64,000 nt of DNA from Octopus bimaculoides (Eukaryota), in NCBI RefSeq assembly GCF_001194135.2, contig NC_069008.1, forward strand, positions 8,275,407-8,339,406, given 5' to 3'. Within the stretch, counting starts at the first letter, position 1. The number at the start of each line of letters is the position of its first letter. Shown piece after piece: positions 50,962 to 63,667 of this stretch. The notes beneath the pieces are model-generated. The model made no database searches, had not been told where the DNA came from, and saw only the letters and a program-made list of their open reading frames with translations. Both the position numbers and the translations under genes were made by a program.

Positions 50962-52108
50962 CATCATCGTTTAATGTCCACTTTCCATGCTAGCATGGGT
51001 TGGACGATTTGACTGAGGACTGGTGAACCAGATGGCTACACCAGGCTCCAATCTGATTTGGCAAAGTTTCTACAGCTGGATACCCTTCCCAATGTCAACC
51101 ACTCCAAGAGTGTAGTGGGTGCTTTTACGTGCCACCCGCACGAAGGCCAGTCAGGCGATACTGGCAACGGCCACGCTCAAAATGGTGTATTTTATGTGCC
51201 ACTCGCACAAGAGCCAGTCCAGGGGCACTGGCAACGATCTCACTTGAAAGTCCTTACGTATGCCACAGGCACAAGTGCCAGAAAGGCGACGCTGGGCATA
51301 GGTGCCATCCCGATTCCACTATATATCTATATATATATATATATATAGCGGCGTATGTACACTTTGGTCTCTTATATATAAGTATATATTTATCTAAATC
51401 TTGTACGACTCTATTCTTTCTTTTATTCTTTCTTTCTTTCTATCAGCCCTTTCATGCTTACTTCATTCATTCTACTCTTCGTTCTTTCGTTCCCCCTCTC
51501 TCATATTTCCTTGCCTTCTCTTCTTGCTCACTTTCCCTCCTCTTTTCACTTCATTGTGTCCCTGTCATTTTTTCTCGCTTCACTTTAATTCTTCTCTCCC
51601 TTTGCCTTTCTCTCTTCTCTCCCCATATGCTTGGTGTTCGGCTAAGCCTGACCTTTCTTTCTTGGTTCGGCCACTGTCCCTGCAATATCTATATTCGTCC
51701 CTGTGCCTGTGAAATCTTGTATCTCTGCTGTAAGGCTTTATTTCCACACATGCCAGCTTAATTTAATTCGTCCTTAGCCAAAAGACATCTGTTGTTATGT
51801 CCTGTTATTATTTTTATTGTATTTGTGTAACATTCTCCGTTTTTTTTTTCCGTCCTTGTTTTCGTATACATTTGCTGCTTTCTTCCAAGGAATCTAATGC
51901 CCTTAGCTTAGTTTTTCCTTGGGGCTGGCCAGATTGGAGCAATCTCGAGTATAACCAGCCGATATTGCAAAGATAATCTGGAACTCGACTGAGGAAAGAA
52001 AACTCCGAATGACCCAACCTTGTTTTTTTTGTATCGTCCGTCTGGATGTTTTGTCCTTTTCTTGTATCACCTAACTGTCTGGATGTTTTGCATTCTTGTT
52101 CCATTTTG

Positions 52109-52162
<54 letters not shown>

Positions 52163-52189
52163 TTCTCCTGACTCAATCTTTTCAGAGTG

Positions 52190-53210
52190 CTGACTGCAAC
52201 ACAGACGACTCTCTGGTTTGTTGTAATCTCAGACTCCAATCAAAAATGGTGCACTGCACCAAAACCTCAGGCAAGCAACACACCAATACTGCTACAACTC
52301 AACAGCCAAATAAGACAGATACATTCCTTAAGACACTGGAAGCCACTCTCCTTGCAGACCCACTAGAAGGCAATGTTCAGTAGAGATGGGACTCTCTCAG
52401 GGACATCATCCCTAGCACTGCATTGTGGGCCTTTGAGAGGAGGAAGAAAATGACACATGACTGGTTTTGAGGCAAATGTGAAAGAACTCAATGCCCCCAT
52501 GGGCAACGTTGCAAGAATTGAGATCAGCAAGGAACAACAAGCAGAAGATGGTGAGATGGTGTGCATATGAATACTGGTTACAACTATGTGCGGATATCCA
52601 ACTGTTGTTTGATATGGGCAACATTTGTGGAATGTATGAGGGTATCAAGAAAGCCATTGGCCCAACCCAGAGCAAGATAACTCCATATAAATTCAGAACA
52701 GAGGAAGTCATCAAGGGCAAAAGAGAGCAGCTGGAGAGATGGGTGGAACATTATTCCAAACTCTACACCAAAGAAAAAATGTCTCAGACAGTGCTAGAAT
52801 ATAATGTCATAGAGGAGCTGGACACTGTCAATTGCTGAAGAATTGAGCAGAGCTATTGCTGGTTTGCCCACTGGAAGAGCACTGGGTTTGAACAGCATCC
52901 CACCAGAGATCATCAGATGTGCAAGGAGTGTTCTACTCAGCCACTTGCATCAGTGCTGGGAGGAGGGATCAGTACTGTAAAACATGAGAGACTTCAACAT
53001 TGTCACCCTATATAAGAACAAAGGAGATAAAAGTGACTGCAAAAACTACCAAGGCATCTTGCTGTTAAGCATCATTGGGAAAGTCTTTGCCCGCATGGCC
53101 CTAAATAGGCTACAGAAAAATCACTGGAAAAGTATACGCTGAATCTAAGTGTGGTTTCAGAACAAAACACTCCACCATGGACATGATGTTATATGTAGTA
53201 TTAGACAGTT
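52190..53210 (+). mobile_element. RTE (BovB-like) LINE internal fragment, linker to RT N-terminus
   Basis: HDWFEAN, YWLQLCADIQ...GNICGMYEGIKKAIGP, ERWVEHYSKLY, IVTLYKNKGDKSDCKNYQGILLLSIIGKVFAR and ESKCGFR...STMDM. Multiple stops and frameshifts. Confidence 0.88.
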
Positions 53211-53601
53211 TAAGTATATATTCATTAAATTTGGCTGAAATTGATGGGTGAGTGTTTGTCCCAAACAGATGCACAAGGAGTTGTGTTAGCATTGATTTGT
53301 GGGTTTGAGTTTGGCTAGGGTTAGCTCATCATTTTTTGAATACTTGTTTGAATTTTAAAATTGTCACTTCAAATCAGAGAATATATTATATACTGATGAG
53401 ACATCATGTTGTAACCAGAGCACTGTATAATCGGAGTATATCATCATCATCATCATCGTCGTTTAACGTCTGCTTTCCATGCTAGCNNNNNNNNNNNNNN
53501 NNNNNNNNNNNNNNNNNNNNNNNNNNNNNNNNNNNNNNNNNNNNNNNNNNNNNNNNNNNNNNNNNNNNNNNNNNNNNNNNNNNNNNTTAAGCAATCCTTA
53601 G

Positions 53602-54741
53602 CAGAACAGTCCACAACTCTTTTACTTTTACAGTAGGTATGTAGAGGACATTAATATCCTAGTTAAGACCAACTCAAGTAACAGTAATGTAGAAGCTGAT
53701 AGGAACATAATGGAGAGCATCCAGCAAGTAGCTAAGTCCATCCCCCAAAGTATCAAGGTAACTATAGATTACCTCACTAGGCACCACAACAATAGACTCC
53801 CCGTCCTTGATACTGAACTTTGGTTAGAGACTGTGAACAACAGAGTGCAGCTCCTCCACTCCCATTATATGAAACTCATAGCTTTGAAATATGTTGTTCA
53901 CAATAACTTAATTTTGTTACACAACATGAAAATTAACATACTGATAGCAAACTTAGTTAGGAAACTGAACAACGTGCCCCCACTATGCAAACCCTATGAA
54001 ATGAAGAAACATGTACAGAACTTCATACACTACATGTAATTCTCTGGATATGAACAGATAGATAGGGTTCAGGCATACAGGAGTGGTAGAAAGAAATTAG
54101 GTAACATTATATGTAATGATACCAGTGGTACCTGCCCTAGGTATGGAAGTAAAGACTGGAATAGGGTACAAAGAGCTTGTGACAAAGCAAACAGGGTGAA
54201 CATGTGGTATAAAACTGACAAATATCAAGGAGTGATGTTTGTAGAGGCCACAGCCCATGGAGAACTAGCCCACAGATTTAGGAAAGCTATGAAGGAGACC
54301 AAACTCAACATTAAGATTGTTGAAAAGCCAGGGAATTCCATCAGATCACTAATATGTAGGATGTACCCCTCTGAGAATACCATATGCACCAATGATAACT
54401 GTATGGCATGTAGGATTAGCTCTGGCATTAACTGTAGAACTAGAAATGTAGTCTACAGCATAAGATGCATAGAAGGTGCTTGTAAAGACATGAACATGAC
54501 ATACATAGGGGAGACATCTAGGAGCATTGCAGAAAGATTAAATGAACATTTGAGACAATATGATGACAAAAAACAATCCCCCATACTCTACCAGCATGCC
54601 AGGGACCAACATGGAGGTAACCTGGGTCAACTTGACATCTGCATCTTATCCAAGCACCCAAAGGACCCAACACTCAGACAAATACAGGAGTACGTCCTCA
54701 TAAATGAAACTTCCCCAATATTAAATAGGAAATATATGTAG
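53602..54741 (+). mobile_element. Neptune-type Penelope-like element: RT C-terminus + Cys linker + GIY-YIG endonuclease
   Basis: One reading frame with a single internal stop (54037-54039): RYVEDIN, LPVLDTELW, (Q)FSGY, CTNDNCMAC...C linker, NVVYSIRC...YIGETSRSIAERLNEH and INETSPILN. Confidence 0.92.
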
Positions 54742-55671
54742 TAGATAATCATACTCCCTTACCTACCATTTATATTTATATACAGGTAGAATAGTTAGTG
54801 TTCTGTTATGTAGATGAATGTAAATGAATGAATGTATTGTATGTATGTGTGTGTGTGTGTGTATAGGCAAATGGATATGAAAGTAAACAGATAGACATAC
54901 AGATGGATAGCTACAAAAGGTTATATGAACAGACAATCACACATACACACTCATACACAAATAAAGACTGAAACACATGACCATATACACACACGCACAC
55001 TTCACACAAGGACACATATGGAGACACACGTCCACACATACAGACACAGTACATAGTCACATACACACACACACACACACACACACTCAGACATGCACAT
55101 ACAAGGAGACAGAGGTACACACACATACACACACACACAAACACATGAATATGCAGAATACATACATACAAACATACACACATACATAATATATACATAC
55201 GCACGCACACACATACATGCATGCATACACACACTTACATACATACAAACAGGTGTATGCGCACATACACTAAATCACACCGCTGCACACAAGCAAACAA
55301 ATAACGGACAGTCAACAATTATCGAAAATGTTGCAAGGCACAACGCAAAGTTTAGCAAAATAAATAAGTAAATGAGTGGAAATTTTACCAGTGACTGTGT
55401 TAAATTATAAGGCACTAAAAGAGAATAACTCTTCCCAGACACCACACTATACATATATATATATATATATATATAGATATACAGGGCAGGGAATCGTCAA
55501 TTAGTAATAAAAATTAATAATTAACAATTATGCCGGGTAGCTCAGTATGAAAAAATCTTTTCAGTAAAGCCATTTATAACCATAAATATATAGGGATTAG
55601 CAGAAAACCTGCTTCTCCAACATACTGAGAATTCAGAAACAGCAGCCAAAGAACTACTGATTCTAAAAAAG

Positions 55672-55768
55672 CTACAAATTTTTCTCTAATTGATAGCGAT
55701 ATTCATGGTACACACTTTAGTTCTGTGTGTACCATGAATATTGCTATCAATTAGAGAAAAATTTGTAG
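55672..55768. repeat. Near-perfect palindrome: 44-bp arms, 9-nt loop, running into an assembly gap
   Basis: 55672-55715 pairs with 55725-55768 (43 Watson-Crick pairs + 1 G-T). Confidence 0.9.
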
Positions 55769-56221
55769 TTTTTTTNNNNNNNNNNNNNNNNNNNNNNNNN
55801 NNNNNNNNNNNNNNNNNNNNNNNNNNNNNNNNNNNNNNNNNNNNNNNNNNNNNNNNNNNNNNNNNNNNNNNNNNNNNNNNNNNNNNNNNNNNNNNNNNNN
55901 NNNNNNNNNNNNNNNNNNNNNNNNNNNNNNNNNNNNNNNNNNNNNNNNNNNNNNNNNNNNNNNNNNNNNNNNNNNNNNNNNNNNNNNNNNNNNNNNNNNN
56001 NNNNNNNNNNNNNNNNNNNNNNNNNNNNNNNNNNNNNNNNNNNNNNNNNNNNNNNNNNNNNNNNNNNNNNNNNNNNNNNNNNNNNNNNNNNNNNNNNNNN
56101 NNNNNNNNNNNNNNNNNNNNNNNNNNNNNNNNNNNNNNNNNNNNNNNNNNNNNNNNNNNNNNNNNNNNNNNNNNNNNNNNNNNNNNNNNNNNNNNNNNNN
56201 NNNNNNNNNNNNNNNNNNNNN

Positions 56222-56622
56222 TAGGCGCAGGAGTGGCTGTGTGGTAAGTAGCTTGCTTACCAACAACATGATTCCGGGTTCAGTTCCACTAAGTGGCACC
56301 TTGGGTAAGTGTCTTCTACTATAGGCTTGGGCCGACCAAAGCTTTGTGAGTGGATTTGGTAGACAGAAACTGAAAGAAGCCCATCGTATATATATGTGTA
56401 TGTATATGTGTGTTTGTGTGTCTGTGTTTGTCCCACCAACATCGCTTGACAACCGATGCTGGTGTGTTTATGTCCCCGTAACTTAGTGGTTCGGCAAAAG
56501 AGTGCAATAGAATAAGTACTAGGTTTACATAAAATAAGTTCTGGGGTCGATTTGCTCGATTTGCTTGACTAAAGGTGGTGCTCCAGCATGGCAGCAGTCA
56601 AATGACTGAAAGAAGTAAAAGA
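56222..56622 (+). mobile_element. tRNA-derived SINE family A with internal microsatellite (representative of more than 20 copies or fragments)
   Basis: Head GGCTGTGTGGTAAG...GGTTCAGT (A/B-box-like), CORE-like CCTTGGG(C/T)AAGTGTCTTC, GGAAACTGAAAGAAGCC(TA)n(GT)n body and GACTGAAACAAGTAAAAGA tail. Other copies near 7.5, 8.1, 13.4, 18.9, 19.9, 21.0, 21.3, 25.2, 32.2, 37.0, 41.7, 43.3, 47.3, 48.3, 49.4, 49.8 and 58.7 kb. Confidence 0.85.
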
Positions 56623-56900
56623 GTATATATATAACAGGTGTATAGAACAAGACACAGAACCATCTACTCAACAACCATTTTACATGACAAACTGGTAAAA
56701 ATCATGGAAATAGTTCAATTTCATTTATTTACAAAAGAATAAATAATATTTAATTACAATAAATAGATTTAATTAAACAGTTATATCTTGCTTTATTTCT
56801 GTATGTGCAAATGTGTGTGTGTATGTGTGTGTATGGTAAAGACTATGATATAACACACACGAGAGTCAAATACAGAATGTATATAAACGTACAAGTATAG

Positions 56901-56942
<42 letters not shown>

Positions 56943-56952
56943 NNNNNNNNNN

Positions 56953-56996
<44 letters not shown>

Positions 56997-57374
56997 GCAA
57001 GCGTATTCAATGAAGTAATTATGTATGTATTTATATATATATGTGTGTATGGGTACAAGTGCATATGTTTTGTGTGTGTGTGTATATATATGCATGTATA
57101 TGTATACATATGTATGTATGTATATATATGTATATACTGATAATTGCATTGTTTTTGGCATACATAGTCCTAATAGATGTATCTGTAAATATGTGTCTAT
57201 GTCAGTCTGTTTGTCTGTCTGTCCATATGTATGTGTGTATGTATGTATGTAGATACATATACATACATGTAAGTTCCTATATATGTACCAATGTAAGTTT
57301 GTACACATATAAAATATATATGATAACACATGCACAACATGCATATACAAACTCTCCTTCAACTATACATACAC

Positions 57375-57405
<31 letters not shown>

Positions 57406-57424
57406 ATGTACACATACATATATG

Positions 57425-58233
57425 CAGGGTACGGTGCGTAAATTGTCACTATTTTACACTTTTAATTTTGCATATGTACATTCTTTGTTTTTGATTTTGT
57501 TGGGGACCATCTATGAGAAAAACAGCACCAAAATGCAATTCACTCTGCCAGAAATTTGGAAACAACCTGCTGTCCTGCTTGGCATTTATGTCGGAAGCTC
57601 CAATATGAGTATTTCAGAGTGTTTCACGGGCAATCTGAGGACATATACCAAGAGTGATAAAAATCAAACATCCAGTCAACAACATGTGATGGTGACATTA
57701 TGCTTCCATTCATCTTCTCACATGGACTCACACTCAACATGGAGGCATACATCAAGTGCCTGGAGCAGGAGGTAGTACTGCCTTGGCTCAACAGGGTAGC
57801 TGCTGGAAGTCCATTATATCCAGCAACAGGACTCTTCACCATGCCAAACAAGCAGTCATGGCTGTCAAACAATTTCTGCGACCACATCCCCCCTAACTCT
57901 CCAGACTTCAACCCCCTTGATTATTATGTGTATGGGAGCAGTTGAGTGGAGAGACCAACAAAACTCTTTGTAACACCAAAGATGAACTGAAGGCAAGGAT
58001 TATGGCAGCATTCAATAACTTAAACAAGGAGACCATCCAGAAGAATTGCAAGAGATCCCAAAGTCGTCTGGAGGCCATGGTTGAAGCCAATGGCGATTTT
58101 ATTGAATAAATTTACTCTTTGGTATTTCAAGATATTTTTATGTAATTTTGGTAAATATATTTGTTAAAATGAGATGTCAGTGTTATTTTCATTTTTTCTG
58201 TAATTTACATGACAATTTATTCACTACACCATG
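57425..58233 (+). mobile_element. Internally deleted Tc1/mariner element of maT-like (DDxD) type
   Basis: KIKHPVN, MLPFIF..GL.LN.EAYIKCL, QQD, PPNSPDFNPLDYYV (third catalytic D) and RLEAMVEANGDFIE*. Degenerate TIRs CAGGGTACGGTGCGTAAATTGTCA / TGACAATTTATTCACTACACCATG. Confidence 0.85.
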
Positions 58234-58246
58234 CATGTAAATATAC

Positions 58247-58304
<58 letters not shown>

Positions 58305-59312
58305 TATATACATACATACGTATGCATGCATGTATATTAAAATGAATGAGGTTTATTACTTTGAAAGCAAGTTCAAGAAGGACAAAAGAACTTCTACTGA
58401 CAGGGTGACTTTCTGAGCCAACTTTTTTCTCAAATCTTTCTCATCATAATAATCAAATTGACTAAGGATTCATGTGTTGACTTAACAGCTTGCTCCACCA
58501 GCCAACAAGATCTTTGGCTGCTAACATTTCTACATCGGATGGAAAACCTATTTAAGATATAAGGAAGTGAAAGATGGGTTTTTAAATTTGTTAAAAGAAT
58601 TGTTAATGAAAACTTTTCCTTTTCATTGTGGACACAGTCATGGCTGTGTGGTAAGAAACCTGCTTCCAAACCACATGGTTCAGGGTTCAGTCCCACTGGT
58701 TGGCACCTTGGGCAAGTGACTTCTACTACTTCCTCGGACTGACCAAAGCCTTGTGAGTGGATTTGATAGACGAAAACTGATAGAAGCCTGTCATATATAT
58801 GTATATCTACGTGTGTGTATCTTTGTGCCTGTGTTTGTCCCACACTACCACTTGACCACCAGTGTTGGTTTGTTTACATCCCTGTAACTTAATAGTTCAG
58901 CAAAAGAAACTGATAGAATAAGTACCAGGCTTTAAATAAAATAAGCCCCATGGTTGATACATTTGACTAAAAGTTCTTGGAGGTGGTGCTCCAGCATGGC
59001 CACAGTCTAATGACTGAGACAAGTAAATGAATGACCTTGTTGAACTTTTTCAACCACTTTAGTGGTTAAATAGTAGGAAACAAATTCCCTATATAGGGGT
59101 CAGCTGAAGGATATGGAGATGGAAAAGGTTCAAGAGTAAGACGAGGAGGGAAATAAATAAGAGAAGAGAATGAGGTTGTCCTTTGGATATAAGTCGTTAA
59201 GGGAACAATACTTTGGCAAAGGTTCTCTTCACTGGATGAATGGTTGAAGGAGCCCAGAGGGGAAACACAAAATCCCAGTCAATTTGTTATTCACTACACA
59301 AACCTGTGTGTG

Positions 59313-59343
<31 letters not shown>

Positions 59344-59754
59344 TATTTACATTATTTATAGAACTGTAATATATATATATGTATATAGAACTGTACTATA
59401 TATAAACATACACACACACACATATATGTACATATATATGTGAGTGTGTGTGTGTGTGTATGCATGTATGTATATGTATAAACCAAACATTTACATATAC
59501 AACCATGTTTGTGCGTGTGTGTGTGTGTGTGTGTGTGTACACAGATGTATATATATATATATATACACATACAAATGTATACCTATATATAAAAGTATAC
59601 ATATATAAAATCATATGCAATTATATACACATATGTATATAAATATATGAATATATATATATACTTATATAAATACATATTTATATCAATATACACATAT
59701 ATAAACACACATATACGTAAATACAAATATACATTTATATGTACATGCATATAC

Positions 59755-59813
<59 letters not shown>

Positions 59814-60635
59814 TCTATATGTATACTCACACACATATAGCTAATCTGTTGTAGGATTCTTTAGAATCTAGGTATTTTAATGTTCAGGATGCTGAGAAAG
59901 AGCCAAGTTCCACATGTACCTAGATGTTGTATCAGATACATACAACACAATATATGCTTGCTTGCACAAATACACATACACACATATATGTATGTACATA
60001 TACACAAGTTGGTTCATGATCCAATGCAAGTTATAGATCCAACATAGAAATGTTTCTAGGTATGGCACTTATATAAAATAAGAACACAAATGTATTCTAA
60101 ATGTTTCCCAACAGCTGTTTCAGTAAGATTTGTTACTGAAGAATAGATCAATTATATGGATTACATCATGAAAAAGAATCTGCTTTCATCAGTTGAGCTT
60201 AAACTTCACAAGGAGAAAATTTTAGGGTTTGTGGGTATTTTGAAAATACCTTAGAGTGATGACTGTGTCCTGCACAGTTGCAGGTAGCCCTTTGGCAAGA
60301 CATAGCACCTGTTCAGCCACCCTGCCAGGGATACAGCGAAGTCATGGGGCTGCGGCATGGTGGATTGTGAAGAGGGAGTGGAAGAGCTCTACTGAGCCAA
60401 TGGTGCTTCTTACGGTGATGCTGAGTGGAGGAATGCTAGAAGATTAACTGTTAGGATCACCAAGTTCTATGAAGAGAGTGACTGCAATGCATCCATAGGG
60501 GTGGCATCCCTGATTGTGTAATCAAGTAATGAAAGATTCACCATAACTCAAGTTCCCAATTCAAATCCATAATAACGGAACTGGATGGTGACAGGGAGTC
60601 ATGGGAATTTGTGAAAGCAGCATGGCCAAATGATT

Positions 60636-60713
60636 GAGAAAATCCGAAGTGATCCACTTTGTTATTCATTGCTCCGATGATGAGTAACAAAGTGGGTCAC
60701 TTGCGATTTTCTC
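60636..60713 (+). ncRNA. Pre-miRNA-like hairpin (candidate)
   Basis: 34-position stem (30 Watson-Crick pairs, 2 G-U, one 2x2 mismatch) and a 10-nt loop. No extended inverted repeat in the flanks. Confidence 0.35.
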
Positions 60714-60981
60714 CTGCCTTACTTTAAACTCATCAGATGAAAGTGGATTACATTCTGATGCAATTAATGTAATCGATTTATTCATTAATAAAAAAAACCC
60801 TGCTCAAACAGCTGTTGCGAACCTTTAAAATTCATTTGGGTTCTTATGTTATATATACATATATATATATATATAAGTATGCGTGTGTGTGTGTGTGTAT
60901 CTATATATATTTAATTGGTTCAAACCTAGTGTTTTTTGAGAATGAAATTCGCTTAAAACAATAGCTATATATCAAGCATAT

Positions 60982-61396
60982 AGTTTATCTCCAGTTAAAA
61001 GAAGACAATCAAATGGAGATAAGGAAGTTAATAATTGTTTATTATTAACAAATTGATCATCTTGGGTTCTTATAACCATTTCAGTTAACTCTCAATAATT
61101 TAATTACAAATTTGTACATTAAATTTACACTTATGTGACATGAGTATAATATCATCAGAGAAAAAAAAGATGTACCTTTGGATGTTATATGTGGGCCTAT
61201 CAATTAATTCTGCAGAAATGAACTGATGATACTATACTCATGTCACATAAATATAAATTTAATGTAAAAATTTGTAATTAAATTATTGAGTGTTAATTGA
61301 AACGGCTGTGAGAAGCAAAGATGACCAATTTGTTAATAATAGACAATTATTAACTTCCTTATCTCCATTTGATTTTCTTCTTTTAAATGGATGTAA

Positions 61397-61399
<3 letters not shown>
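60982..61399. mobile_element. Foldback MITE with about 175-bp inverted arms and a 64-nt spacer
   Basis: 60982-61158 is the reverse complement of 61223-61399 at roughly 85-90% identity (by eye). Confidence 0.85.
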
Positions 61400-61433
<34 letters not shown>

Positions 61434-61937
61434 NNNNNNNNNNNNNNNNNNNNNNNNNNNNNNNNNNNNNNNNNNNNNNNNNNNNNNNNNNNNNNNNNNN
61501 NNNNNNNNNNNNNNNNNNNNNNNNNNNNNNNNNNNNNNNNNNNNNNNNNNNNNNNNNNNNNNNNNNNNNNNNNNNNNNNNNNNNNNNNNNNNNNNNNNNN
61601 NNNNNNNNNNNNNNNNNNNNNNNNNNNNNNNNNNNNNNNNNNNNNNNNNNNNNNNNNNNNNNNNNNNNNNNNNNNNNNNNNNNNNNNNNNNNNNNNNNNN
61701 NNNNNNNNNNNNNNNNNNNNNNNNNNNNNNNNNNNNNNNNNNNNNNNNNNNNNNNNNNNNNNNNNNNNNNNNNNNNNNNNNNNNNNNNNNNNNNNNNNNN
61801 NNNNNNNNNNNNNNNNNNNNNNNNNNNNNNNNNNNNNNNNNNNNNNNNNNNNNNNNNNNNNNNNNNNNNNNNNNNNNNNNNNNNNNNNNNNNNNNNNNNN
61901 NNNNNNNNNNNNNNNNNNNNNNNNNNNNNNNNNNNNN

Positions 61938-61976
<39 letters not shown>

Positions 61977-63189
61977 ATATTATATCTGCTGAGATTCAAT
62001 AGGAGTCACTGAATGGCTCGGAATAAAGGTTTCTAAATGCTGTGCCACAATTGGTTTACAAGAGCATGTTGAAGATTTAAAAGTCAAAATCCACACTAAT
62101 ACTTGAACGCTTTCTAAAATCTGTCAGACATAAATTTTGATAAGCACATACAGCAGAACCTTGCAGTATGAAGACACCATTGTATGAGTAATTTGCTGTA
62201 CGAGTTTAGACTTGTGCAAATTTTTGTCTTGAAGTACAAGCAGAAATCCAAAGTATAAGCATACAAAAACCATTCCATCTTAAAAGGTAATTTAGTTAAA
62301 ACCAGTTTACATATTTCTTTTGCATTCTTTTTTTTATAATTGTCATTTTACTTGTAACTACACCTTTTCTGTTTTAAAACCCATAAAAAATTATTTTTGA
62401 GTGGTTTTGAGGGGTTGGAACGGATTAATTATAGTTTAGTTTAATTTCCATGGGAAAAATTGATTTGTAAAATGAGTAAATCATAAAACAAGCTCAATCG
62501 TGGAACAAATTAAGCTCGTACTACAAGGTATCACTGTATTAATATTAGAAGGTAAGTCTACAGGGTCAGCTTCACCTTTCATCATTTAAGGTTGATAAAA
62601 TATGTACCAGTTAAGTTCTGGAATCAATGTAATTGATGTACCCCTCCCCTGAAATTAATGGCCTTTTACCAAAAGTTTGATATCAATATTAGATGGTGAG
62701 CATTAACCTTGTTTGTTGCTTTTAAATTTTACTTTAACCTTTTAGCATTTGAACCAGCCATATCCAACCCAAATATTCTATGTTTTATATTCAAAACAGC
62801 TAGGTCAGGCCACTTACACCAACACTACAATGGCATTCTAAAAGGAAATAATCACATCATTGAAATCTTGAAGCTACAAGATAAGCCATAATTAATTCAA
62901 AACAATGTGAATAAATAAGCATCACATTTGGCAGAGAAATCTGAATGCAAAAGGGTTAAACCAGTCACATACAGTTCAGATATTCTACTTGTTTTATGTT
63001 CAGACTGGCCACATCTGGTCCAAATCTTGTAGTTGTTTTATGTTTAAACCAACCAGATCTGGCCTCTCAAACCTACCATACAATGTCCTTCTCAAAATAA
63101 ACAAGCACATCATCAAAATTTCAAAGCTATGAGATAATGCATGATTAATTGAAAACAATGTAAATAAATAAGCATTACATTTGACGGAG

Positions 63190-63667
63190 GGTTTATCTGC
63201 TTACTAGTGATATAAACAAGAGTGCATTTTGCACCAAAATCCAATATGGGGGGTTCTCTCATGGTATTTACTGCAGTGTAGTTTGTTCTAACAGAACATC
63301 CATGTTTAAGTGGGGATAAATATAACCTCTCAGTATTAATACTGCCTGTGTTGCTAATATACATATATTTTAACAAGTTCACTGGCTAATCACGACACCA
63401 GTGCCTGTTCTGGCACTTTTATTTTTTTAATATATTGCTAGCAGGGAGATGAGTCACTGCTATCTCTAGCAGTCAAGAGTCCATCATTGACAAGACCAAA
63501 TAAGGTTAAAATCACATGATGATGGAGATGGCATGGATTTATCTCCCTGCTAGCGATATAAACAGGAGTGCATTTTGCATGAAAAGCCAATGTGTGAGTT
63601 TCTCTCATGATATCCACCACAGTAGAGTTTGTTTTAACAGAAGTTCCATGATTAAGTGGAGATAAAT
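63190..63667. mobile_element. 478-bp composite insertion with 9-bp TSD inside a piggyBac-like MITE
   Basis: TTGACGGAG at 63181-63189 and 63668-63676. Two diverged 130-bp units (63192-63321, 63537-63667), each with short inverted ends, flank a 215-bp core. Confidence 0.7.

Noticed and set aside
53385-53445. CTGATGAG just upstream of the Neptune element
   Set aside because: No GAAA after a stem II and no NUH site. At best a dead remnant.
62002-62106. Short open frames on both strands near 62.0-62.1 kb
   Set aside because: Neither frame has both splice sites or any recognisable homology.
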